Below are positions 53,658 to 61,740 of a DNA stretch of 64,000 nucleotides, in pieces. Position 1 is the first letter of the stretch, and the number at the start of each line of letters is the position of its first letter. Both the position numbers and the translations under genes were made by a program. The stretch is from Candidatus Curtissbacteria bacterium RIFOXYA1_FULL_41_14 (GTDB taxonomy: Bacteria > Patescibacteriota > Microgenomatia > Curtissbacterales > GWA2-41-24): assembly GCA_001775095.1 (NCBI GenBank), contig MFCA01000025.1:22994-86993 (forward strand), written 5' to 3'. Below the pieces are notes generated by a model, which searched no databases, was not told where the DNA came from, and was given only the letters and a program-made list of their open reading frames with translations.

Positions 53658-55013
53658 ATGGATAAAGAACTTGTAAACATTCTGCAGGCCATAGTAAAAG
53701 CCGGTTTTGAGGTAGCTATTGTTGGAGGTGCGGTCAGGGATTTTTTGGCAAAAAAAGATATTAGCGATTGGGATTTTACAACCAATGCCAGACCCGAGGA
53801 AATTTTAAAATTAATTAAGGGGTCATTTTACAATAATCGATTTGGTACGGTGGGGGTAGTACTTCAAAGTCAAAAGTTAACTATTCAAATTACGACTTAC
53901 CGAACGGAAGAAAAATATACAGACAAAAGACATCCCGACGTAATTGTCTGGGGAAAGACACTAGAGGAGGACTTGTCACGGCGTGATTTTACGATTAATG
54001 CAATGGCCCTGCGAATTGAAAATGGAAAGTTGAAAGTTGAAAAAGACAATTTGGTTGACCCGTTTGATGGCCAAAAAGATCTAAGAAACAAACTAGTTCG
54101 CGCGGTTGGCGATCCGGATAAACGATTTAGGGAGGACGCATTAAGACTTTTAAGAGCGACTCGTTTTGCTACAACATTAGGTTTTAAAATTGAAGATAAA
54201 ACAGCTGCAGCAATCAAGAAAAATGCTAAAGCTCTTTTGTTAATCTCCGGCGAGAGAATTCGGGATGAACTTTTTAAAATACTAGGATCTGAGAATGCTG
54301 CTGACGGCATTCTCTTGGCTCGTGATCTTGGACTTCTGCAAATAATTTTGCCGGAACTTAATGAGTGTTTTACTGTTGAGCAAAAAAGTCCCCAGCGCCA
54401 TCATATTTATGACGTCGGAACTCACTGTGTCATGAGTCTGAGAAATTGTCCTTCCAAAGATACAATCACTCGTCTGGCGACCCTACTTCATGATACTGGT
54501 AAAGCCAAAGTAGCGGCTGTTACCGAAGAAGGCGTAAGAACTTTTCATAATCATGAGCTTGTCTCCTCAAGACAAGCTTTACAAATTGCCAAAAGACTCC
54601 ATCTTACTAATACCCAGAGAGAAAAATTATTCAAATTGGTCCGTTGGCATCAATTTAGCGTTAATGAAAATCAGACAGACAAGGCTTTGCGACGATTTAT
54701 CAGAAATATCGGGATCGAAAACATCGAGGATATGATGGATTTGAGAATCGGCGACAGGCTTGGCGGCGGATTGCAGCAGCCGGAATCCTGGAGACTTAAA
54801 CTTTTCAGAAAACGGCTAAAGGATGTTATGAAAAAACCGTTTACTGTTGCTGATCTTAAAGTCGACGGTCACGACGTAATGAAGATTCTAAATATCAAAC
54901 CTGGACCAAAAGTCGGCGAAGTGTTAAAAATGCTTTTCGAACAAGTCGCCGACGATCCTAAGAAAAATAACCGCGATTATTTGCAAAAAAGATTAAAAGA
55001 ATATAAAAATTGA
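53658..55013 (+). CDS. cca: CCA tRNA nucleotidyltransferase with HD domain
   Basis: VGGAVRD, DWD, RRDFTINAMA, EDALR, LLHDTGK. Confidence 0.92.
   Translation: MDKELVNILQAIVKAGFEVAIVGGAVRDFLAKKDISDWDFTTNARPEEILKLIKGSFYNNRFGTVGVVLQSQKLTIQITTYRTEEKYTDKRHPDVIVWGKTLEEDLSRRDFTINAMALRIENGKLKVEKDNLVDPFDGQKDLRNKLVRAVGDPDKRFREDALRLLRATRFATTLGFKIEDKTAAAIKKNAKALLLISGERIRDELFKILGSENAADGILLARDLGLLQIILPELNECFTVEQKSPQRHHIYDVGTHCVMSLRNCPSKDTITRLATLLHDTGKAKVAAVTEEGVRTFHNHELVSSRQALQIAKRLHLTNTQREKLFKLVRWHQFSVNENQTDKALRRFIRNIGIENIEDMMDLRIGDRLGGGLQQPESWRLKLFRKRLKDVMKKPFTVADLKVDGHDVMKILNIKPGPKVGEVLKMLFEQVADDPKKNNRDYLQKRLKEYKN
54014..54041. repeat. Four heptamer repeats inside cca (IENGKLKVE)
   Basis: aattgaa aatggaa agttgaa agttgaa. 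Confidence 0.6.
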
Positions 55014-55571
55014 AGAATTATTTTTAATCTTCTTTTTAATTAACTCAATAATTTCCGGAAATTCTTTTTTAGGGTTAGGGTAGCCAAAATGTTGCTCATT
55101 TTCAAACTCGAAATATTCCGTATTTAATTTGTTATTAATGAATCGTGAATGCTCAATTGGAATAAAGGGGTCATCTTTAGAGGCAAACTGAGCAATCCAT
55201 TTGGTATTCTTTTTAATTGTCGACCACTTCCAAGGTTCATCAAAATAGCCGCTTAATTTATCTTCCCTATAACCAAGGTCTGTGTAATGCCCAGCAACTA
55301 AAATTGCACCAAAAACTTTTATCTTTTCAAGCACACGCATAGTCGCGGCTGCGCCGGATGAGTGTCCAACAAGAATTGAGTTTTTGTCTGCTTTTAATGT
55401 ATCAATAATAAAAGGCTCCCAATATTTCCGACGTGCAAGATACCAGTCCGGCATATTTTTGGCAATAACTTCTAAGCCCAAATGTGTCAGTTTTTCAATT
55501 AAGTATGGGAACCAGTAATATTTATTAATGTCATCATGATAACCATTCCCTGGAAGCAATACTACTTTCAT
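54993..55571 (-). CDS. RBBP9/YdeN family alpha/beta hydrolase
   Basis: PGNG, VGHSSG, SKDDPFIP, HF. Confidence 0.88.
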   Translation of the reverse strand: MKVVLLPGNGYHDDINKYYWFPYLIEKLTHLGLEVIAKNMPDWYLARRKYWEPFIIDTLKADKNSILVGHSSGAAATMRVLEKIKVFGAILVAGHYTDLGYREDKLSGYFDEPWKWSTIKKNTKWIAQFASKDDPFIPIEHSRFINNKLNTEYFEFENEQHFGYPNPKKEFPEIIELIKKKIKNNSSIFIFF

Positions 55572-56467
55572 TTTTTATTTCGAAGCTTTAAATTCTGCCA
55601 GACGACTAGGAGTGGGCTGGCGCTGAAGATTGAGGAGTAGGTACCGGAAATTATCCCTACCAAAAGCGCCAGTACGAAGTTTCTGATAGATGCACCGCCA
55701 AAAAGCAGAAGTGCCAGAAGAACAAAAACTACTGTCAGTGATGTGGAAAGTGATCTTCCCATCGTCTGCAGAAGCGAATGGTTAACTACTTCTTCAAATG
55801 GAAAATCACCATGTTTTTTGAGATTTTCGCGGATTCTGTCAAAAACGACTATTGTGTCGTGAACCGAAAACCCGATAACAGTCAAAAGTGCCGTTATAAA
55901 AAGCGAATCAACTTCAATTGCAAAGAAATGTCCCAAAATTGCAAAAATCCCTACAACTACAATAACGTCGTGGATCAGCGCGATTATCGTACAAATACCA
56001 AAGGCAATCGACGATGCCGGCTTTGGGACTTGCCTAAAAGCCCAAGTGATATATAAAACAATTGCCAAGATTGAAATGGCGACAGCGATGAAAGCTTTTT
56101 GGGCTAACTCTTTGGAAACAACCGGCCCGACAGTCTCCAGACGGACATCTTCGGTTTCACCGAAATTTGAATTGAGTTTAGTCTTTAGATCATTGATTTT
56201 TGCTTCATCGGTAACTTTCATCCGCACTAAGGCTGAATTATCGGAAGTCTGAGCAACTGATGAGGCTTCCACTTGTTCTTGAACAAAGAAGTTGTGGATT
56301 TCGTCTCTTTCAACTTTTTCCTTTTGTGTAAATTTAATTTCCCATAAAGTTCCACCGGCAAAATCAATTCCCAGTTTTAGCCTCCAAGTCGAAAGGGCAA
56401 TCACGCCAGGAATAATGACCAGAAGTGATAAGACAAAAAACCAGTTGCGGTATTTTATAAGATTCAT
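55568..56467 (-). CDS. secF: Protein translocase subunit SecF
   Basis: LGIDFAGGT, VGP, GFSVHDTIVVFDRIREN, GTYSS. Confidence 0.96.
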   Translation of the reverse strand: MNLIKYRNWFFVLSLLVIIPGVIALSTWRLKLGIDFAGGTLWEIKFTQKEKVERDEIHNFFVQEQVEASSVAQTSDNSALVRMKVTDEAKINDLKTKLNSNFGETEDVRLETVGPVVSKELAQKAFIAVAISILAIVLYITWAFRQVPKPASSIAFGICTIIALIHDVIVVVGIFAILGHFFAIEVDSLFITALLTVIGFSVHDTIVVFDRIRENLKKHGDFPFEEVVNHSLLQTMGRSLSTSLTVVFVLLALLLFGGASIRNFVLALLVGIISGTYSSIFSASPLLVVWQNLKLRNKK

Positions 56468-57777
56468 TCTATCTTCCTCACCCAGAACACTCTAATAAAG
56501 GTTCTGGTTACTGTAATTGCCGAAAACATCGAGACTAAAATTCCGATTGCCAGTGTTAGGGCAAATCCTCTGATTGAACCCGTACCAAAATTAAAAAGGA
56601 TAGCCGTAGTAATCAAAGACGAAACATTTGAATCACGGATTGACGACCAAGCTCTGTCAAATCCTGTAAAAAAAGCGTCGTGTTTGGGCTTACCCCAGCG
56701 GAGTTCCTCTTTTATTCTTTCAAAGATCAATATGTTGGCATCGACGGCCATACCAATAGAAAGGACGAAACCGGCAATACCTGCTAAAGTCAGGGTAACT
56801 GGAATTATTTTGAAAATTGCAAAAACAATAAGAGTATAGATACAAAGGGCGGCAACTGCGAATATACCAAGTACCCGGTAACAAACGATCATAAAAATTG
56901 CAACGGACACCAGACCAACTGCCGTTGCAAAGAGACTTTTTTGTATTGAATCAGTGCCAATCGTTGGGCCGATTCTGGTTTGGCTTTCAATGTTTAAAGG
57001 TACTGGAAGTGCACCGGCATTAAGTTGGATAGCTAGTTGTTTGGCTTGCTGGGAAGTAAACCCACCAGTGATTTGAGCATTGCCATCGGTTATAACGGCT
57101 TTAATAATAGGCGGTGGCCAGGAGATTGGTTGATCGTCAAGATACATAGCCATAGGTTTTTCGAGGTTGTTTGTAGTAATTTCTTCCAATTTCTTGGCTC
57201 CTTCACTGTTAAATTCTAAGTTGACCACATAGCCTGGTGATTGGGGATCTTGACTGGGAGCAGCGGTGGCTCTTTTTAGATCTTTACCAGTAAGCCCAGA
57301 AGCTTCAAAGTATTCCGGTGTAGCGGCATAAGTAGCTTCCGGTGGAGCATCAGCTTTGATAATTTGAAACTCAAGATGAGCTGTTTTTTTAACTATTGAG
57401 ACCGCCTGATCAATATCGGAAATTCCCGGAATTTCTACAATCAGCCGGTATTGACTCTGTGTTTTAGCAGTTTGAATCACCGGCTCAGCAACACCCAGCG
57501 AATTTATTCGATTCTCCACAATGTCTTTAGCAGAACCAAGTGCCGTATCACGATCCTGCGGTTCAATATTGGTCATATCTGCCGACATTGTTAACTGAAC
57601 CCCTCCGGCAAGATCTAAACCGAGTTTTGGTTCCAGGTCTCTTTTGAATATTCTTGTATTAATTTTTGGATGGGAAAGTTCTACACCTTTAAACTTAATT
57701 ATGGGAAGATCAAGATAAAACGCGGCGACTGTTAATATTAGAATTAAAAAAAGGATACGTCTTGGCTTTTTAAGCAT
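56464..57777 (-). CDS. secD: Protein translocase subunit SecD
   Basis: LGLDLAGG, LNAGALP, GMAVDANILIFERIKEE. Confidence 0.96.
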   Translation of the reverse strand: MLKKPRRILFLILILTVAAFYLDLPIIKFKGVELSHPKINTRIFKRDLEPKLGLDLAGGVQLTMSADMTNIEPQDRDTALGSAKDIVENRINSLGVAEPVIQTAKTQSQYRLIVEIPGISDIDQAVSIVKKTAHLEFQIIKADAPPEATYAATPEYFEASGLTGKDLKRATAAPSQDPQSPGYVVNLEFNSEGAKKLEEITTNNLEKPMAMYLDDQPISWPPPIIKAVITDGNAQITGGFTSQQAKQLAIQLNAGALPVPLNIESQTRIGPTIGTDSIQKSLFATAVGLVSVAIFMIVCYRVLGIFAVAALCIYTLIVFAIFKIIPVTLTLAGIAGFVLSIGMAVDANILIFERIKEELRWGKPKHDAFFTGFDRAWSSIRDSNVSSLITTAILFNFGTGSIRGFALTLAIGILVSMFSAITVTRTFIRVFWVRKIE

Positions 57778-57788
57778 TGGCAGAAATC

Positions 57789-58367
57789 TTAAAGCTTAAC
57801 CATTTCCTCTTCATCGCCAATTAGCATGACTTTGGGTTTTGCTAAAATTCCCATGACGAATGGGTCACGGCGATTTTTGCGAAAATTAAATTCTTCCTCG
57901 GTCATTGGAGTAAAATTTATCTCGCGGTTACGCCTTGCTTCTTCTTCCCGAATAATACTGCCAAGTTCCGGCAGAATAATTGTACCGACAACAAAAAGAT
58001 CAACTTCATTCTGCGTATAGGGTCTTCCTTTAGCAAATGAGCTCGAAAGCATTGCATACTTAATTTTGCCAAGTTTGGCTTTACTTGTTAAAATTGCCCC
58101 TCCAAGACCCACACTTTTATTGATAATTGAGAGTAATTCATTAAAAAAGACATAATCACGACGAAGAGAATAGAATCTCCTGTTAGCCCGCCACTCACTC
58201 AGCAAAAGTCCGGTTTTTTCAAGCCTTGCAAGCTCTCGCCTGACAGCATTTATTTCCTCATCCACTCTTCTTACGATCTCTCTGACATGGTAAATTTGAC
58301 CCGGATTACTCAAGAAAAGCTCAAGGATTTTGACTCTGACTTTTGAGATTAAAATATCAACTAACAT
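57789..58367 (-). CDS. Winged-helix plus nucleotidyltransferase-like protein
   Basis: HVREIVRR...AVRRELARL; EVDLFVVG; REINF. Confidence 0.75.
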   Translation of the reverse strand: MLVDILISKVRVKILELFLSNPGQIYHVREIVRRVDEEINAVRRELARLEKTGLLLSEWRANRRFYSLRRDYVFFNELLSIINKSVGLGGAILTSKAKLGKIKYAMLSSSFAKGRPYTQNEVDLFVVGTIILPELGSIIREEEARRNREINFTPMTEEEFNFRKNRRDPFVMGILAKPKVMLIGDEEEMVKL

Positions 58368-58447
58368 TTATTATCGCTTTCAAATCAAAGATTTGATTGT
58401 TAGATTAAATGGCAGACTGGAAAATAGTTTTTGGGCAGGCTACTTTG

Positions 58448-59575
58448 TTAATATTCGATATCACTGTCAACTGGCACAGTTTCAATCCAAATCATACCTC
58501 TATTAAGTTGAATTTCTTTACCTTGGGCATCTACAAACTGGGTTCTTGATATTCTATCTTTCTTAACCCATTTACCTTTAATCACCTGGCCGTCTAGAAA
58601 AACAAGAGCATTGCCTGTGCCTGTTGTTCCGTAAAGAAGATGGCCGTCGGGATAACCGTCATTAGCAGTCTTTTCAATCTGAAACTGAACTATCATATTT
58701 TTGGCGGAAAGCTGTTCATTAGTAATTGGATCGTTTTGGGCCACGTTTTGATGAGTCCTACGATACAAATTCGCTTGTTTGTCGTAATTCCAAGTAACTG
58801 TGTAATCGGAAGACTGCTGCCAAAAAGGAACGATAACTGGTTTCTGATCGCCACGCGCCTCAAGGCTGGCATCATCTTTAAATTTCCACTCTATAAAATT
58901 CTTATCCCATCTGACGCCTTCTTCATCTTCCGGGCCAAATTTACGCTCACTTGCTGCTTCCCAAAGTTTTTGAGTCGTTGAGTGAACGTTATGGGGAGCA
59001 AGCTTATCCGTGCCTCGCCAGAAAGTCGGGAATCCTAAACCAAACTGATCCATATCCAAAATACCGTACTGTCTTATTTGACCAAGAGCATCGGCAGGTC
59101 CGGGTGTATTCGCACCGCCTACATGAGCATAGAGTGCATTGTACTCAGATACCCAGTCTAAAAAGTAAGTCCTGGCAGATCTTACAGGTGCAATATCTCC
59201 AGCGTCTTGACAGAGATAGACAGCTAAAAACCTGGTAATACCCCCTTCGGCAACTGCTTCATAAATTACGTCTGCCCGAGACAAGCCAAGTGTTGGTCTG
59301 GCATCCACGTGATTTTCAACCATAACACCAAGCGGCCTTCTCTCTTGCCATTTTTGTTCCCTATTCTTGGTGTAAAGGGCACCATTTAATGGGCAAGGAC
59401 GATCTTTTACGCCTTCCTCGTTGCCCGAAGTGACATCAGTTAAACTCCCGAAAGGTGTGACTATATTTACTGGTCCCTTCAAAACTGCATTAAATACCAT
59501 ATATGACAGTCCTGCCGACGCAAAATATAAAACTAGTATCCCAATAAGAACTAATAGCAGTTTTTTCTTATTCAA
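58448..59575 (-). CDS. DUF3048 (YerB-like) protein
   Basis: VMVENHVDARP, EGGITRF, PVRSAR, APHN. Confidence 0.9.
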   Translation of the reverse strand: MNKKKLLLVLIGILVLYFASAGLSYMVFNAVLKGPVNIVTPFGSLTDVTSGNEEGVKDRPCPLNGALYTKNREQKWQERRPLGVMVENHVDARPTLGLSRADVIYEAVAEGGITRFLAVYLCQDAGDIAPVRSARTYFLDWVSEYNALYAHVGGANTPGPADALGQIRQYGILDMDQFGLGFPTFWRGTDKLAPHNVHSTTQKLWEAASERKFGPEDEEGVRWDKNFIEWKFKDDASLEARGDQKPVIVPFWQQSSDYTVTWNYDKQANLYRRTHQNVAQNDPITNEQLSAKNMIVQFQIEKTANDGYPDGHLLYGTTGTGNALVFLDGQVIKGKWVKKDRISRTQFVDAQGKEIQLNRGMIWIETVPVDSDIEY

Positions 59576-59603
59576 AGTTATTTTTTACCAAGCCGAGCTT
59601 TAG

Positions 59604-60077
59604 TTAAACGGCTTGGCGGGCAGCTTTTTCAACTACCTCTTTTTCCTCCTTAGAGAATGGATGGGTTGTTGGTTTTGCACCAGAAACCCCTTTCGCATAA
59701 ACTCTAGTTCCGCCTCTTGAGTGTAGAGATGATATAACCACGCCATTATTAGCACCATCCAGAAGGGCTAAAACAAAGCTTTGGTCTCCTCCCGTATCCT
59801 CAAAAGGGTTGAATCTGATAAGTGCGTGTTTAGTAAAACTGCCCTTCTGGGCCTGGTCAAGTTTTTGAATTTGTTTTGTAAGCTGCTGTCTATTTTCATT
59901 TTGCAAGTTAACTTTTTCAATTACCTCTTCTAATATCCTATCGAGGGTCTGTCCCTTAGCTCCTTTTGTAAGTCTTCGATAGTGGCCAATCGTTTTTATA
60001 AGATAAACACTTAAGATTGCCAGCCAGATTCCTAATACGATAAGTAAATAATCGGTGGCTCTTACCTGTTGCCACAT
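59604..60077 (-). CDS. DUF4446 family protein
   Basis: RFNPFEDTGGDQSF...SLHSR...YAK...SKEE. Confidence 0.9.
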   Translation of the reverse strand: MWQQVRATDYLLIVLGIWLAILSVYLIKTIGHYRRLTKGAKGQTLDRILEEVIEKVNLQNENRQQLTKQIQKLDQAQKGSFTKHALIRFNPFEDTGGDQSFVLALLDGANNGVVISSLHSRGGTRVYAKGVSGAKPTTHPFSKEEKEVVEKAARQAV

Positions 60078-60168
60078 CTTTTAGCCTAAGCTTTGCTTGG
60101 AAAACACCAGTGTCATGTTGAATAAATTTAGTACCCCTTCTTTTACCATGCAAGTTGCAGGATTGTCA

Positions 60169-60246
60169 ATCCTTCGACTTCGCTCAGGATGACTCTGAGT
60201 TAAATCGAAGAGTCAATGGGTTCGACAAGCTCACCATTGACTCTTC
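60169..60246. repeat. Cluster of three hairpin-family units
   Basis: atcct-tcgacttcgctc-aggat; gactct-gagttaaatcga-agagtc; ggt-tcgacaagctc-acc. Confidence 0.85.
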
Positions 60247-60310
60247 AGTCAAATCGAGTGATTGATGGATCGGTGAGTCGGAGTGTTGTGTTAATATATG
60301 TCATAGAGTT

Positions 60311-60580
60311 ATGCCGTTTAAAACCAGGAGAGCAAAAATTTCTGCAGCCTCCCGTCGATTTATTATTGTTAAGGAGCAAGTTTTTGATTATCTGGGAAAA
60401 GAAGCAAAAACTGAATCAGAAAAGAAACTGTCTTCATCAAATGTTAAACAGGGAGTTGGTATACGGACAATCGAGAGTAATTATAATTACGTAAAAGGAG
60501 ATTTAGTGAAAATTATCTTACTCACTAGCTTAATTATATCAGCTCAAATTACACTGCTTTTCTTCCTAAGATATCATTGA
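60311..60580 (+). CDS. Hypothetical protein with C-terminal TM
   Basis: MPFKTRRAK...YVKGDLVKI plus TM. Confidence 0.7.
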   Translation: MPFKTRRAKISAASRRFIIVKEQVFDYLGKEAKTESEKKLSSSNVKQGVGIRTIESNYNYVKGDLVKIILLTSLIISAQITLLFFLRYH

Positions 60581-60713
60581 TTCTAAAACCAAATTGAGGA
60601 GCGGCTGTAGCCTGATGGGGACTGCGCACTACCCATTTAGATTGGTGGTGCTTGACTTTAGCTTCGAGGCTATGCTATGGTTGAGGCTAGTTGAAGCTAG
60701 GTAGCCTCAAATT

Positions 60714-60737
60714 TATCCTGAGTGAAATCGAAGGATA
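60714..60737. repeat. Hairpin-family unit in the leader of the DUF5679 gene
   Basis: tatcct-gagtgaaatcga-aggata. Confidence 0.75.
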
Positions 60738-60784
60738 GAACCTAGACTTTCAAATATTTCTGTCTAAGGAGGTGATTAAATAGA

Positions 60785-60925
60785 ATGGCTGAAATGTATT
60801 GCGTCAAGTGTCGCGCAAAGAGAGACGATCCCAATGCTCAAAAAGTAACCATGAAGAATGGGAAACCAGCAATGAAAGGTAAATGTCCGGTTTGCGGCAC
60901 GACAATGTTCAAAATTGGTGGTTAG
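60785..60925 (+). CDS. DUF5679 zinc-ribbon miniprotein, 46 aa (not in the ORF track)
   Basis: TAAGGAGGTGAT SD; YCVKCR...MKNG...GKCPVCGTTMFKIGG. Confidence 0.92.
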   Translation: MAEMYCVKCRAKRDDPNAQKVTMKNGKPAMKGKCPVCGTTMFKIGG

Positions 60926-60965
60926 AAAACGACTAAATATTTTTAAATTCGGTTACGAAATTAGA

Positions 60966-61011
60966 GAAAACCCCAAGATAAACTATGTAGTTATTTTTGT
61001 GGGGTTTTTTC
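60966..61011. terminator. Probable bidirectional terminator
   Basis: aaaacccca...tggggtttttt between convergent genes. Confidence 0.65.
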
Positions 61012-61019
61012 TTTCCATA

Positions 61020-61640
61020 TTAGCCTCCAAGTAATCCTATTACTAAATGAGGAAGACTATAAAGTATCTTCAATATGAATGAAGGATATGCAGCTAATTT
61101 AGTATATTCTTGAGTCAAATCCTCAGTCAGATTCACCTTATCATACTGCCAAGTAATTTTGACTGTTTGTTGGGTATCTTCTTTAACTGAAAGCATTATT
61201 TTGCTATATCCTGATTCCTGATTTGCTGATAAATTTGCTTTTTTAACATCAAGAGCTGAATTTACCGATTGCTTATCGGTTATTATCGCCGGCAAAACTT
61301 TATCAAAAATACTGGCATCTGACCCTTCGGGCATTTCCAAAGTCGCCACTATGACATTTTGATCTTTCAAAAAGGCAGGCGTGTAGGTAAATTTTACGCC
61401 GATCACTTCTTTTTCAGTTGTTTCCATTTCCCAAAGATAACTGGTTTGGTTGAAATCTATATTCGGAGGCAAAATACCTTTGGGAATACGCACAATTTTA
61501 GAAAAATGCTCCGTTAGTTTTTGATTGATTGCCTCGGTGGTAGGTTTTACAATCACAAAGCTGGCAATAACCGCAGCAACTGCCAAAACAATTAGAAAAA
61601 TAATGACGAGTAACAGGAAGATAATAGTAATTTTCTTCAC
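61020..61640 (-). CDS. Hypothetical membrane-anchored protein
   Basis: N-terminal TM; TAGAAT-N6-GTG. Confidence 0.7.
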   Translation of the reverse strand: MKKITIIFLLLVIIFLIVLAVAAVIASFVIVKPTTEAINQKLTEHFSKIVRIPKGILPPNIDFNQTSYLWEMETTEKEVIGVKFTYTPAFLKDQNVIVATLEMPEGSDASIFDKVLPAIITDKQSVNSALDVKKANLSANQESGYSKIMLSVKEDTQQTVKITWQYDKVNLTEDLTQEYTKLAAYPSFILKILYSLPHLVIGLLGG

Positions 61641-61740
61641 GCTCTTATTCTAACATCTCTCATATTTTACTAGACAGGTTTAAATTAATAAGAAAGTGGG
61701 GTTTACTGCTAAGCGATTATAAGTTTATTATTAAATTAGG

